The notes under the pieces are model-generated. The model saw only the letters and a program-made list of their open reading frames with translations. It searched no databases and was not told the origin of the DNA. Below, piece after piece: positions 44,314 through 59,800 of a stretch of DNA of 64,000 nt. This DNA is from the human T2T-CHM13v2.0 reference genome, Homo sapiens. Made by a program: the position numbers and the translations under genes. Location of the stretch: assembly GCF_009914755.1 (NCBI RefSeq), contig NC_060929.1; one strand, given 5' to 3'. Positions within the stretch are counted from its first letter, which is position 1, and every line of letters starts with the position of its first letter.

Positions 44314-44806
44314 TGTGGACACTTTAAAATGATTCCTAATTATATTAGCTTCCTGGTGTTCACACTCTTGTGTTATCTTTCCCCCTCAGTGTGGCCAGAA
44401 GCTGTGATTTGATTTTAACCAATAGGATACAGCAAAAGTTATCAGATGGCATTTACATGATTATATTTTATAAGACTGTAATATTCATTTTCCTAGGAGA
44501 CTTCTCTCTTGCTGGCTTAGGTAAAGCAAGCCCCACATGGCAAAGAACTGAGGGACAGACAATAAGAAACAAGCTCTCAGCCCAACAAGCCACAAGGAAG
44601 TGAATTTTGCCAACAACCAAGTGAGCTTGGAAGCAGATCCTTCCATAATCAAGCTTTGAGACAAAACTGCAACCTGGATTGACCCCTTGACTGCAACTTT
44701 GAAGAGAACAACTAAATTGTGTCCTTACTGCTGATCCACAGGATTCTGTGTTGCTTTAAACTACTGTTTGTGGTAACATTGTAACACAAATATACATAAC
44801 CAATAC
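44314..44806 (+). mobile_element. MLT1 (G/H-like) LTR
   Basis: gccaacaaccaagtgagcttggaagcagatccttcc...ttgctttaaactactgtttgtggtaa. Confidence 0.8.
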
Positions 44807-44955
44807 CATTTACATGGTGCTTACTATATGTCAGGCACTATTCCAAGAGTTTACTCTTTTAATCTACGTAACTCAAGGATATAATTAATCTCATTTTATA
44901 AATAAAGAAGAGAACACAGAGCTTAAATAACTTGTCAAAGTTCACAGAGCAAGCA
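44807..44955 (-). mobile_element. MIR remnant
   Basis: gcttactatatgtcaggcacta...ctcattttataaataaag...taacttgtcaaagttcacag. Confidence 0.7.
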
Positions 44956-45069
44956 TCTCCAATCAAAATATATAATAATATGCTTCTCTGTAAAAATAAT
45001 ATTTTGTTAATGAAATGGAGTTTAATAGGCCTGTATGCTACCCACATCTGAATTCCACTGAAGTATTTT

Positions 45070-45143
45070 CTCACAAATATTTTATACCTCACAAAATATT
45101 TTATACACAAATATTTTATATCTCACAAAAATTTTTATACCTC
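45070..45143. repeat. Short minisatellite, about 4 copies of a 15-19 bp unit (tcacaaatattttatacc)
   Basis: Directly visible tandem copies. Confidence 0.85.
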
Positions 45144-47069
45144 CTGGCAAACTCAATCAAACCAAGAAATAGGATGCCTTAATTGGTTAGACAAGGGAGA
45201 GTTGAAATTCGTTTCAGCTTGTCTGCAATCTGTTTGTAACACAGAGAAGAAATTTTTGCCAGAAGACAATTTAACGAGGGTGATGTAAATATTTTAGCCA
45301 ATATCATGTAACCATCTTCTTCCCATATTAACTATCTTGTTCCATAATTTCCATCCCCCACTTAAACAATCCTGATATTGCCTAATGTTAAAATATGTTT
45401 AAAAGAAAAGTTTTAACTTAGGCTAAAATATCATTTTCATAAATAGAGCTAAGGAAATGACAATTGATTAGAAAATAAATGTCATGTTGCCACATTACTG
45501 AACTACATTATACTATAGGATATCCCAAGTACTGTAATGTGGAGTAGTGTTAGATTTTGGATAACAGATGGGAGACCAGTTTTGATGCAAAGATTTTAGT
45601 TGATTTCCTGAGTTAAATCAGATGTTCATCCCTATAAATTAAGTAGCAATCTTATCCCTATTCTAGCATTATAAATGCCTCTATTATATCATGTAATAAA
45701 TGTTGACCATAGTTAAAATACAGAAGTGTGACATATTTCTTTGATATAACCCCATAAACATCCCCTACCCGTCTGTCCTTCCTTAGCATTCAGAGTACTC
45801 TAGCCACATGGAACTACCATACCAAAACATTTGTTTTATGAGTGAATAGCTTAATTGCTGATATCCTTACAGAAAACACATACCTATGTATGTGTAATAA
45901 TTTCATACCATTGTTCAGTTTATTGAATGTTGAAGATATTAAACAGGACACTTGTGTAATGTAACTGCTCTTGGATTAGTCACAATAGAAAGGTATTTGC
46001 TTAGGTTGTCAGCTGTGACAAACTGAATCACTAAATTACCTCAATTTTAAAATTAATAAAAGATATTTAAGATATATCAATTTTTTCTTCTGGTCTGATA
46101 ATAAAAGCATGGAAAATTCAGGAAAATGGAAAAATCCTATGGCTTATCAGGAAACATGATGTTTTGTATCAATATGTCTACCCTGAGAGCTTTGTCCATC
46201 TTCTTTTGTTACTTTTAGCTAATCCTTTAGAGGGGCAAAGAGAACAGAGAAAGAAAATGAAAACAAAAAGATGGCACGTATCAATCATTTATCCAGATAA
46301 ACCTATTTCCATATATTGGGTGTTCTATGTATTTAAGGATATATGTTAATAATTAACTCAAAAGTTATGAGTAAATTTCATTTAGCTCAAAACGTTTCCA
46401 TACACAATCTGTTATGTCAGAAAATATTAACCAAGGTTCCCACCTTACCGATAGAAAAAAATAACAAACTCCCAGTTGCATCAAATCTACAGTTTTGGTG
46501 AACGTTAGTTTCATGACCATTAAAAAACAGAGATTAACAGATGCTTTCAGATCCAAAATAAGGCAGTCTTTTATATACAAAAGCCTTGGCACATGTCTGC
46601 AAATGCTACTGAGAAAGGTAGCATTGCAAACTGTTCAGTCTCATAGTTGATTCAAAAACACTGCTCCCTTCTTTTTCTTCTCTAACATGCCAGTCTAGAA
46701 ATTCAGCTCCTGTGCCATAGGGATGATTGGTATTAGAGTCTTCCTTCTTGCATGCATCCCCTACAGTGCTGCAATGAGGATGGTAGAAATGGGAAACACG
46801 TCCCCTCTTACTTGAGTGCCTGTAGCACATTTGTTAAACTGTTTGTTGTCACTTCTCTGTAAAATATTAACTGGAAGTTGGTTCCCTTTTTGCAGCAGCC
46901 AATGAAATATTCATTCTCTTGAGATTATTTGTTGGTTTTTCAAGAACCTTCCTCTCCTTGCACAATTTCCCAGTGCTAGAGACTTGGCTTAGGATTAAAT
47001 TTCTTTTTAAAGCATCTCAAATCACCATACTGTCTTTTGTCCTCTGGTATGGGTTGTCCAGGAAGTAAG

Positions 47070-47410
47070 TTTACTTTTGTTCTGTAATAAACTACCCGCA
47101 AACTTAGTGACCCCATCACATTATTATCACTTACAATTTTTACTAGGTGCTTCTTCTGGTATGGACCACCTAGTCTGATCTGTTTGGCTAGCTCAGGCAT
47201 CTGTAGTAAACTAATGAGTCACCTAACCAATTGGATATTATAGGATAGCCTTGCCTATGAGTTTGGAGATTGAACAACTGAGGCAACAGGCATCTTATCT
47301 ACGTGTTTTTTCGTTCTTCATTTGCTAGAAAGTTAGCAGGCTGATTTACATGGTCACCCAAGCTTTCCAAATGTAGCCAGAGAGGGCAAGTTTCAATGTA
47401 TGAAAACTTT
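47070..47410 (-). mobile_element. Old MLT1 LTR remnant
   Basis: ctgtaataaactacccgcaaacttagtg...agagagggcaag. Confidence 0.55.
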
Positions 47411-48077
47411 TCTAGATGAGAATGCTTCTTTTGGGAAGATTCTATGTATACCCCTCTCATTGCTTTCCACAATATTCCCAGCTGAGGAGAGACATGTTGA
47501 ACAATTCAAATGAACTAATAACACTCAATTTCTTAAAATCTAGTGGATGCTGATGTGTTCACTATTTATCTTTAAATAAATCATTCAATTTATATTATTT
47601 TAACAACTATATCTGTATCTATATACACATATATTCTTTTATATGGTATATTTTAATATAATATTTTTAAGGATTTGGTAATAGAAAAAATAAACAAAAC
47701 TATAAATTTGAATAGACCTACCAACTTGGCCCCTAGCATTTGCTGGCATTTGCAATATAAAAATTCATCACTTATTCTTTCTAAAATTAGAATAATTAGA
47801 AAATAAGAGTGGATACTTAGAAATTAGAATCTTTTACAGGCAATACCTAACTAAAAATAAAGCTGATAAAATTTACCTTCCCATCTTCCAATGTTGTTTC
47901 TGGCTACAATGGGACTAAATAAGACATAGACAAAAGGGAGGTATCTAAAAAATTCTTCTATATTTAAAATTAAATAGCACACTTATGTATCACACATGGG
48001 TCCACAAAGAAACCACAAAAGGTATTATCAAAAGTTTTAGTTGAATCTATATTATGTCCTTACTATGAATACTAATC

Positions 48078-48079
<2 letters not shown>

Positions 48080-48120
<41 letters not shown>
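48080..48120. repeat. (TG)n microsatellite
   Basis: About 20 perfect TG units. Confidence 0.95.
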
Positions 48121-48124
<4 letters not shown>

Positions 48125-48389
48125 GAAAATAATTTGTTTGATTCAGGGCTTGCATTTTTGCTCTTTATTTTTCTTAATTATATTATACTTCTATTTCCCA
48201 GTCATCTCATTTATGAGTTATGCTTTTCTGTATTCATTAACAGATTTCCTTTTATCCCACTTGCATTTTTCTTTCCCAGCCCACTTTATGTTGGAAACCT
48301 CCTCCTTCCATGGCCTTCCTGATAGCAGATGATAGAAAAGTAAATGTTTTAGTTAACCATAACAAAAATTATGTTATCCTTAACCATGC

Positions 48390-49010
48390 TCTACCTCTCA
48401 CATTTTACACTTAATCTATATAGAAATCCAACTGACCTTATCACCAAAATGTTTTCGTAATCTGAAACCCATGTCTACACCGCCATCATCTTGGTCTGTT
48501 TCATCATGATATCACACTCAGACTAATGCCATAGCCATCCCACCACCACGTTTTCATTGCTTTAATTTTTGCCCAACCTGCTTTAGTGTATTTTCTACAT
48601 AATAGCCTGGGAGACAATTTAAAATGTAGTTCTGATGTCACTATTTTACTATAAAACTTGTAGTGGCTTCACTTAGCCCTTCCTTTACCTGAATGTTCTC
48701 TCCAAAAAGTCCCTCAACTTCTTGTTGTTGCTCAAATTACATGTTTTCAATGAAGCCCACTCTAACTACCGCCCTTGCCCCATGTATCCACTACTTTAAG
48801 TCTTGCTTACTCTAGTTCTACATTTTTTCATAACATTCATCATTTGTAGCAAAGTGACCTACAAATATGTATTCACCTGTTTAGTATTTAATATCTGCAT
48901 ATTCTATTTCACTGGGGCAAGAAAAGTATTGTTTTTTCACTGGTATAAGAACCTACAACATTGCCTCAGATATGATAACCCTTCTATAAATATTTATAAA
49001 ATGAATAAAG
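48390..49010 (+). mobile_element. L2 remnant
   Basis: ttgctcaaattacatgttttcaatgaagccc...taaatatttataaaatgaat. Confidence 0.6.
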
Positions 49011-49099
49011 CATTCATTTTAAAAATTGGGTCTCATAATTCACGGTTAAAGCATTTTGACTACAGATTTAATTCTTTAAACTGTGATGGATACATTCAT

Positions 49100-50160
49100 T
49101 TAACAATGTCTTCATGAGCCAGTTTGGATTTTTAAGACATTTGTCTATTTCATTTAGATTGCAAATTATTGGCATGAAAATTTCCATAATTTTATTGTCT
49201 ACAATATTTATAAAATTCATATTTCCATCTTTTTTCTATGATCAGTTTCATCAGATATTACTTTCTGCTTTCTCTCTATAACAAATGATGAACAAATTTC
49301 TATCTTATTAGTTCCTTCTTACTACTATGTGTTTATTTTACGTCATTTTTCTGTGTTTTAAAAATGGGTGGCTAGCTCATTAATTTTCTATCTTTTGCCA
49401 TCCCAACAGCTACATTTAGAGCTCTGATTTCGCCTTCAAGATACTGTTTTAAATGCATTCCATAACGTTTATATTATATTGTAATAATTAAGTTCCAAAT
49501 ATTTTCTTTAGCATGTGATTTTTTTCTTTGACCTAAGGGTTATGTAGAAATGTGCTTCTTCATTTCCAAAGACAGAAGAAAATTTTACTTATCTTATAGT
49601 TATTATTATTTTTGCTGAATTTCACTGTGGGTGGAGAAAAATTTCCATATGACATCAGTGTTTGAAATTTGTTAAGACTTGCTCTATGGGTCAATATATA
49701 ATCAATCTTCATAAACACTCTATGTTGGCTTAAAAAAATGTACATACCAAAATTGATATGTACAATACCAATTGGTATGTACAAAATTGGTATGTACAAT
49801 ACCAATACCAAGGGTACAGCATTCTATATGTATGTATTAGGTGGTTTCTTAATTATATTCTTCAATACTTCTATCTCCTCAAAGCATTTGCCTTCTTTTT
49901 CATAAGCTCCTATGATATGTTCAACATCTTCTACTATGATTGTTGACTGATGTATTCTTTGTGTATTTATATGATTTTTTCTTTTTTTTATAATTTAGAA
50001 ATTGATTTCTGATGAACTGAAACTCTTATATGATATTCATCTATATCTCTAAAAAGCCTTTATGTAAAAATTATATCTGTAGTGACATAGCTACATCAGC
50101 TCTTTTTGTCTAGTTTGCATATTGTACCTCTTCTACCCTCTGCCTTTTCATTCCTATATC
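49100..50160 (-). mobile_element. Diverged L1ME-like fragment
   Basis: tgaaatttgttaagacttgctctatggg; gacatagctacatcagctcttttt. Confidence 0.65.
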
Positions 50161-50369
50161 TTTGTTTTAGATTAGATCTATTTCTCATGAATCAGTGACA
50201 ATAATGTGTGCATTTATTTTCTAACAGTTCAATCTATACTGTTGTTTTATTCATCTTTGTGCAAAAGCCACACTCTTCTATTTATTGTGGTTTTACAATA
50301 AGTCTTCATATTTATCAGTTTCATGTCCTTTAATTGTGTTCTTTTTCTTTAAGATTGCCTTGGCAGAGT

Positions 50370-52064
50370 TTCTCTTCTGCTTGAAACGTAGAAAGTGGGA
50401 AAGGAATCTTACACCCATTTTAACAAATGAGTAAAATTTGGATAATCTAAAAAGCCACAGTTTTTATTGAATCCATCAAAGAGCTAAAGACAAAAGGCAG
50501 TGAAGAGAACTGAATTCCAACTAATGGCATAATCTTCTGAGATGTAAGGCACGTGAGCCATTTTACCATTGGCAGATCACAGAAGGAAGAGGTAGCTGTT
50601 GTAGAAGCAGATAAGAAAAAATTAACTCTAATTTTAATAATTTTTTAAAGCTGCATTTGGACACAGCATCAGTTTAGATTACCTGGGATTTCAAGATACA
50701 AAGACGATCTGTGGACACATACACTTTTCTCCAAAGACCTCCACTGATTATTTACAAGAAAGATCGGCTCAGGGGAAAAGACCAGAGAGCTCACCTCTGT
50801 AGCAGAGGAAAGCCACGGAAATAATTTTCTATTGACTGGAAACACACAAAACACAGCACACTTCTCTGAGCTCTTTGACTATATGAAGCAAAAGCCTTAA
50901 CCCACTGGAAAAGAAAGGCAAACCTTCCAGCTCCTGGGCTACTTCACCCAGGTAAGAGGTAGGAAATTATATTACCAGTCACCAGATCCAGGCAAAGATC
51001 CAATGCTACCGTGGAATGGTAGACATAGAAGTCTTCTGTCCTTTGCGAGTGGGACTGAAATATCTCTTCTTCTAGGATCTTGTACCAGTATAAAGAAGTT
51101 TGCTAGAGGTGTGGAGAGAGGAAGGTAACTTACTCTTGCCAAGCCTGTCACAGATTGAAAGCAGAAAATAGCTGCCATGCAGTGCCAAGTGTCAGGAATG
51201 ACAAAAGAGCCTTCACAATCCCCAAGTGCATAAAACCTTCCTAAGATTGTGGCTTGACGATAACTGAGAACACTGTAATAGAGAAGATTCATGATTATAC
51301 TGATATATAGAGAAAGAACATTTGTCAACATATAACACTATCTCAAGCTAAAAACATCTCAACTAAGTGTAATAGGAGGATTCTATCTTCTTCAATCTAA
51401 TATAGGACATCTACTTAGAAAAAAAATAAATAACTAAAGCAAAAATGTCAAATGATTCTCCAGGCCCCAACTCCAACAAAACAAATCACGAAACAAAGAT
51501 ATCCTCTCCAGTGATATTTATCCAGTATTTAAATTGGAGAACTTAACCAATTTATATATTTTTATATTTATAACATAAATTTTAAATTTATATTTATAAG
51601 GCAAGAAAAGATAAATTAAAAAAAGATTGAAATGAAAGAAACAAAACCGTCTTTATTCATAGATGAAATGTTGAGATTCCGAAGAACCTACAATGTAGAA
51701 ATTAGAAAAAATAGGTGATTTTACTAGTATCACAGGATACAAGAGCAAAATACAAAAATAAATTGACTCAAAAATGTGTAAGGAAAAGCAAATACAGGCA
51801 AACCTGAAAAATAAATAAAATCAAATTTGAGGAACATTGCACTACCTGGTTCCAAGATTTATTCTAAAACCAGGATAATCATGACAATGTAGTATTGAAA
51901 TAAACATAGATATATAATCAATGGAACAAAATGTAGCATCCAGAGGTGGACTCTCATATACATGATGTCAAGATAATAGGATGAAGAAACATAGTAATTA
52001 CAAAAAATGATTCTGGAACACTTCAAAATTCAGCGCAAGCAAACAAACCTCAGCCATTCCCATA

Positions 52065-52127
<63 letters not shown>

Positions 52128-52670
52128 CAAAAATCCAATCAAATTAGCTCGAAGGCCTAAATGTAAATAAAAACTATAAAACTCCTAGGAAAAATTATAT
52201 TAGAAAATTTTTGTAGCTTTTTTGGGGTTAGACAAAAATATCTTAGGTTGGAAATCAAGATCACAAATGAATTTTTAAAGTATGAATTAGACTTCATTAA
52301 AATGAAAAATGTTTTTTTAATTAATAACATTTTTACCAAAATGAAAAGTTAATCCAATACTTGGAGAAAATATATGGAGTACATCTGATAAAGGACAGAC
52401 TATCCAAACTGTATGCCAAACTCTTACACTCAGTAATAAAAACAGCCTAATAAATAATGAGCAAAAACTTGAACACTTAACCAAAGAAGACATTTTAATG
52501 GCAAACATGCACTCAAAAAGATGCCCAATGTCGTTAGTCAATATGTAAATGCAAATTAAACCTGAAGTAAATACCACTACTACACATCTACTAGAATGGG
52601 AGGGGGAAGACGTCCTTAATAAGTGTGGGACAAGGCAGAGAACAAGTGGAATTCTCATGCATTGCCAACT
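50370..52670 (+). mobile_element. Old L1M fragments (5'UTR-like block then ORF2 remnants), with (TG)n(TA)n at 52066-52122
   Basis: ctaaatgtaaataaaaactataaaactcctagg; ccaaagaagacattttaatggcaaacatgcac. Confidence 0.6.
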
Positions 52671-55127
52671 GTAGGATGCGAAATGCCTTTTTAGATGTTA
52701 GCTCCTAGTAGTAGGTTGTCAGACTTGTTGTTCACATTTCTCCCAGAAATAGAGGACTAGAAACCCTTCAATTCTGATGTTACATATATTTTATGACTTG
52801 TTTACATATTCATTATACAGATTATTAAAAATAATGAGATTTAGATTGGTAATAAATCATTTGTAATCTATTGGAAATGTATTCTTCTTATATATCTATA
52901 TGTAACACATAATACTTGTTATCTATTAAAATACATTTATTGGAAATGGGTATTTTGTTATCTATTTTAATTATCACAGTATAGATTTATAAAACTACTC
53001 TAATATTTAATAGTTATGAGACTTATAACTATAGCTAGAACAATATTTTAAAACGTGTTTATATTTTCACAAAATGTTTTCTTTTAAAAATAAATGTATA
53101 ATATAGTCTAGAGAAAGATCATCATTTGACTACTTATTGTGGAAACCAAACTGGATTGAGTTCTCTAAAGGCAAATATTTTTGCATGCATTCAAATTTAT
53201 GCTTTGCAAAATGTGTTCTAAATATTTTATTACATAAATTGAACTTCATGTGAGAATGATGAAGAGAGATATACTTGCTCTATTGTGTGAACCAAATTTG
53301 TGAATACTATACCAATAGGTTCATCAGAGGGTTTTCTGCAACCATACTCACCCTCTGAGAATATTCATAAATATAGTTTCCTTCATCTTATTTTCTGCAA
53401 TTGCTTAGTATTCCAGTACTATTTTAGGGTTCAATAAAAATTGATGGTTCCAATTCCTCCACACTTTCATCTAGTTTTACGTGAATACTCATAGATTATT
53501 TCTCCTGGATAGTGAATGAAAGATCTATAAAGAATAGAGTGAAGTCTATTATGCACTTATTGAATTTACATGCCCTCTTACAAAAATAAGATTGTACCCA
53601 TTAATATTGCAACTTCCTGGCTATCTCATCCCATGTTTTTTTTTTTTTTTCCTTTTGGTTTTTCTTTCTGGAAGCCCTAAAGTATTTTAAGATTGGCAGA
53701 CATTATATTAATTTCTAGGCACTTTGATAAAATCAACAGAAATGTTAGCCTAGACATGACAAAACAGTTCATGTCATTCAGTAATGAAAGAAAATCTATA
53801 TAAGCATGGGAACACTTTATGTTTGAAATGACTGTAAATTTTGAAACTTGCTGTTTGATTCTACAAGCAATTTGTTAGCTATGAGCTTGACATAGTTACA
53901 AAACATTTGTCCATGATGTTTGCAAGAACAAGATGTCCTGCTTCAGCTCTCACAACTGTGAAGACAAGATGATTGTCTCTGTGAAATTGTTACCAGTTTT
54001 GTCTGACTACATCATCAAGCACTGTAGACTCCTCTTGGTGCTTTTGATAATTACACTTTGATTATCATCAATGACTTCAATAAGACATCAAGTAGGTGGG
54101 TGGGAATGCCGTCAAAGTGATCAATTAAAATTACCAAGACTTTATTTTAAAATCACTTCAGATATGTTCCTAAGATACGGTATGGATGGTGGTTAATAAA
54201 TGAATAAAGGAGTTAAAATTTACATACAGATGACATTTTAGACTACAGCATAAAATAAGTCAGTGGAAGAGAGAAAAATACAGATCATTCCCTTTAAGAC
54301 ATTTCCATTTTTACGAGCTGTGGCAAATAATTTCCAGGCGAAGCATGAAGTCCTTCAAATTTCACAAGAAATGTTAATATATACTCAGAACTGGGCATCA
54401 CTATGAAAGAATGTAAATCATTGTCAATAAGCAGGGCATGTCCTACTAAGATTATGTTGCTACTGCATAGTCACATATGACTCATACAATCATAGTACTC
54501 TAGAAATCTTGAATGCCCTACATTCAAGCCTGTGTGACTACAATCCCCCATGATTTTGTGCCTTTTTTTCTTACAGTATAGCATCAAAAATGAGAAGTCA
54601 GCTTCACTGAGGACCCCAGACATACGTATTCTTTGTTTTGTAGAAATATATAAACCAGTAGTAGTTGTAGTCATCTGACACAAACATCATTTTCTGCTAT
54701 ATTGCATTCCAATCTTTTTTTTTCAATCGGATGGCTAAGTCAGTGCCAACACCTAATAATATTTAACATTTTATTCAAAAATCTTCATTGAATCCTGGAT
54801 TCTAGCATTTGCTCTAATTGTTGATTGACCATTTATGCAGCCAATATTAATTTAACTTTAAGCTTAACTGATTACTAGTAGAAAAGTGATTTTGTGGCAT
54901 ATCATGCAAACACAATCTTATTCAAAAAGATTTTTCTACTTCCATATTGACATGCATTTGGTGAAATAGTTTTTAAAAACCTAATGGTTTTGATTGGATA
55001 TATTGATATTATGGTTAATAACATTTTTTCTCACTCAATTTTCTATAAGCTTGAACAGTTCTTTACAATTTAAAATACTTTTACAATGATGTGCTTCCAA
55101 GTCAGTCTTTGGTGTTAAGCTCTGAGC

Positions 55128-55130
<3 letters not shown>

Positions 55131-55167
<37 letters not shown>
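55131..55167. repeat. (TTA)n microsatellite
   Basis: About 12 TTA units. Confidence 0.9.
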
Positions 55168-57021
55168 GGCAGGGACTGTATCTAATCCAGCTTTGTATTC
55201 TCAAGGCATAGAAGCAGTTTCTGATAGGTATTAGATACACAAACAACGTTGCAATGCAAATTATAAACCTGGAGTACAAGATCTTTGCCTCTCTCAGGAC
55301 CTGTTTTCCTGGAAAGTAAACCATTTCCCAGCTGCTTGTAGGTTAGATGCTATTGGCAGACTTTTTGCAGATAATCCTTTAAGATGTAAAAGTTCTGTGA
55401 TGTGATTTACACTTCAGAGACTGATGGTGGATAAGGATACCTAAGATGACATTTGTGCTTGGGTCCTCCTCCTTCCCTATCCTTCTATCACTATCTTATA
55501 GGTTTAATTCTGTTGAGTACACCCTCAATAAGCCATGTGCTCCTGCATTAAAGTGCATGATTTCATGATCTTTACCTAGTACAGATGTGAAAAAATCCAC
55601 TAGACTACAGTTTCCCCCAAGGGGTTCATCTGCATTCCAGACTCACACCAAAACCCAAAGTTATCTAACCCCATTCTCCTCTCCTTATACCTCTCACCCA
55701 CCTATGCTGGTGAAACTGACAGGATAACTGCATTCAAAGAAGAAAGAAATAGGAAAGACCTAAGAGTCCTTGGCTCACTGTAGTACTGAAATCCATCTGG
55801 GCACATGTGTCCAGCTCTCTCTCCTTCAAACACAAGGAATGTTCTTTGACTATGGCCCAGTTCTGCTACCTGGAAGTTGTTCCCTTAATGCACTGTTCTC
55901 CACATCTCTTGGCAAGCCATCTGAGAATATCTTCCTTTTCAATGAGAAATAGCCCATGTTTGGACTGGGCAGTCTTCTCAGCCTGCTTTCTGGCTGTAGG
56001 AAGTTGGCATTTCAGGCCTATTTTTCATTTTGAACTGTCTTGGGCCCTGAAGAGGCCAAGTTGGTAGTGCTTTGGCCAGGACAAGCCTCTTAAAAATGTT
56101 ATTTTTGGAAATAAATCTCTATGTCCCAAAATTAACATCTGCAATCCTTACTGAGATTTATCTCTCTCTACATTGGGTGTGGTGGCCTGCTGTGTAGGAC
56201 AATGTTTTAAGATTCTCCTGACCCCTTTTGTCCAAGTAAGAGTGCATAAGCAATGCATCCAGCCATTCTTATTTCTGAACAAATTTTTGTTACAACCAAA
56301 GCTTTGATTTTTTACCTTAGTGTATTTCTTTGAGAAATTTTTGAAGTTTTGGATACTCTATATTACTGTATAGAATAATCTATATTATTTAGATTATATT
56401 TATATATTTTGAACAATCTATATTATTCTGTATTTCCTGGAAATTTTGCTTGTACTCCAAGTATCTTCTTAGCTCTTGCTTGAATTATTTTAGCATATTC
56501 AGCTAGAATAACCCACTGGCATTTCAACATTCTAGATATATCTTCATTAACATAAAAAAAATTTTCCAATGAACTTTTTAAACTTCCAACATTCCTCAGG
56601 TCATATGTTTGCCTTTGTTTTTCTGCCACTATATAGTTCAGTTTGCTCTTTTTGAAGACTCAAATAATTTTCTCTGTCTTTTCTGTCTCAGTAACAGTTT
56701 ACTTGCTATTCAATCTGTTCCCAGCCTCCTCACCACTTTTCTAGCCTTTCCTGTTGCTGAACCCCATTCCAATGCTACGTATTTTAGTGTTTTTTACAGC
56801 ATTAGATTCCAATTTCTGTGCCATTTATTTATTGCTGCATAACAGACTGTCCTCCCAAATAGTAGTGTCTTAAAAAATATTATTTTATTTCCTCTTGACC
56901 TAATGAGTTGGCAATTTGGGCTGAATTTACTAATTTACTCTTGAAGATACAGTCATCTTCCCCACAAATTTGTTTATAAAAGTGGCACTACCTCATATCC
57001 AGTGCCAGTTTCTTCTAGTAA

Positions 57022-57871
<850 letters not shown>

Positions 57872-59406
57872 TGCATGTGGTCTTTCATCATAAAGGAATC
57901 TGAGTTTTCCCACCCAGAAGTGCCACATCCCAAGAGGGTGAGAGGCCTGTTAATAGCTAGACTCAAAAGTCACAAAACTTCATATTTGCTCTATTCAATC
58001 CTTCTTTATGTGTTGTAGGGTCAGCCTAGTTTTAAGGGTGTAAAAATAGACTCTACACTTGATCAGATAATCAGAAAAGTTGCAAAAAAAAAAAAAAAAA
58101 AAAAAAAAGGAGCATGATAAAGGAATAACTGATTATTGTGGCCTTCCTTACAAATTCCAATTCTTTAACCATGGTTAAGGAATTTACTTAATGAATTAAG
58201 CTATATAATTTAATCTTTGATTTTTAATAACCTAAAATGGTTTCTTTGTAATACTAGAACTTATTAATTTACAGAGATTTCAAGCAACTCATCAGATATA
58301 GTGAACAAAACTCCAATAAAATAGCATGTTTTGTTACAAAATTGTTGGAGAATAGTAAATAACGTGTAACTAAATACCAAAAAGACAATTCATTTTATAA
58401 ATATTCATATTTGTTTGTATTCATTGTAATTCTTTTTCCTCAGGCTTAGGAAATTTTTTTTTTTTACCAACTTGTCTGCGTCTTGTTTTAGAAACCTCTA
58501 ACTTTTTTTTGCATTTGCACATCTTTAGGTATCCTATTTTATTTTTAACTATATGTGTTACCTTTAACAATAATAAAAATAAAGTTATTTATTTGTAACA
58601 TTTTGAGGGTTCATTACTTAGTTGGTTGAAATAGTCTCTGAAAATTATTTTGCCTACATATAATTAAATCCATTAAAATAGCTTAATAGCATGATAAAAA
58701 TGTAGGCAGATTAATATTCATAGTTCACAATGTGAATGTTTCTAGAGGTGAATTCTAAGCTTATATGGTTATTTTAACCAAATTACTTCAATAATACTGA
58801 CTTTTCCTTTTTTTACTGTGTAAAAGTCTAAATTGGTTGAGACAATTCCTGTAACATTAAAATTATGTTAAAACTATTGAAATTTCTTATAGTTACCATT
58901 GAAAACTATGAGATACTATCTCTGTTATTACCTATTTTACATTTTTCCTGATCCAAATATAGTGTATATTATTATGTATATGAATCCACATCTTAAAACA
59001 TCTTATCATTTACAAATTATAAAATTATTTGCTATTTTGCTAGGTTTCCTTTCACTTTTATGAACATTTGTAAAAAACTAGTCTACAAATTTAATATTTT
59101 TATTATTTTAACGAGGTGTCATTATCTATACCCTAGTAGGCTACAAAATATTAATATGACTCTTCCTCTTCTAGCTTGCCTTCTAACTTTTCTCTATTTA
59201 TTCTTACTTATGACTTCATTGTGCCTGCTAAAAATATCAATTGTGCGAGTTTATTTGAAAATCTTCAGAAAAAAATACTAATATTATGTAGAATTAAAAC
59301 TAATAACTAAAATCTCTGTAGTAGCACACACATGAACTAATTTTAGGTAAAAATGAAAGCCATAAATAATGATTATATTTTTATAAACAGTACTGCCCAT
59401 GATGCT

Positions 59407-59800
59407 TGCTATGGACTGCATTTTGTTCTCCCAAAATGTATACGCTGAAGCCCTAACCACCAGTGTAACTGTATATGGAGACGGGGCTTTTACAAGGTAA
59501 CTATGTAAAATGAGTTCATAAATGTGAGATCTTAGTTCAATAGGATTGTTGGCCATATCAGAAGAGGAAGATATCTCCACTCTGTCTCTGCCCCCATGTG
59601 CATACTCAGGAAAGGCCATTTGATCGCACAGAGACAAGGTAGCCTTCTACAAGCCAGGAAGAAAGCTCTCACCAAAACCAGACGATGCTGGTGCCCTGAC
59701 CTAGCATTTCCATCCTGAATACTATAAGAAAATAAATTTATGTTGTTTTACCCATAAAGTTTATGGTATTTTGTTATGTCAGCATGAGCTGACTAATATA
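59407..59800 (+). mobile_element. MLT1A-like solo LTR
   Basis: tgctatggactg...gaagccctaaccaccagtgt...ctacaagccaggaagaaagctctcacca...gactaatata. Confidence 0.88.

Noticed and set aside
45070-45143. Repeat array as a possible CRISPR-like structure
   Set aside because: Tandem units without spacers in primate DNA; an ordinary minisatellite
55300-56200. LTR-like composition with AATAAA
   Set aside because: Probably ancient LTR remnants, but I could not assign a family or boundaries
58085-58108. Isolated poly(A) run
   Set aside because: No attached retroposed body or TSD visible; treated as a simple repeat
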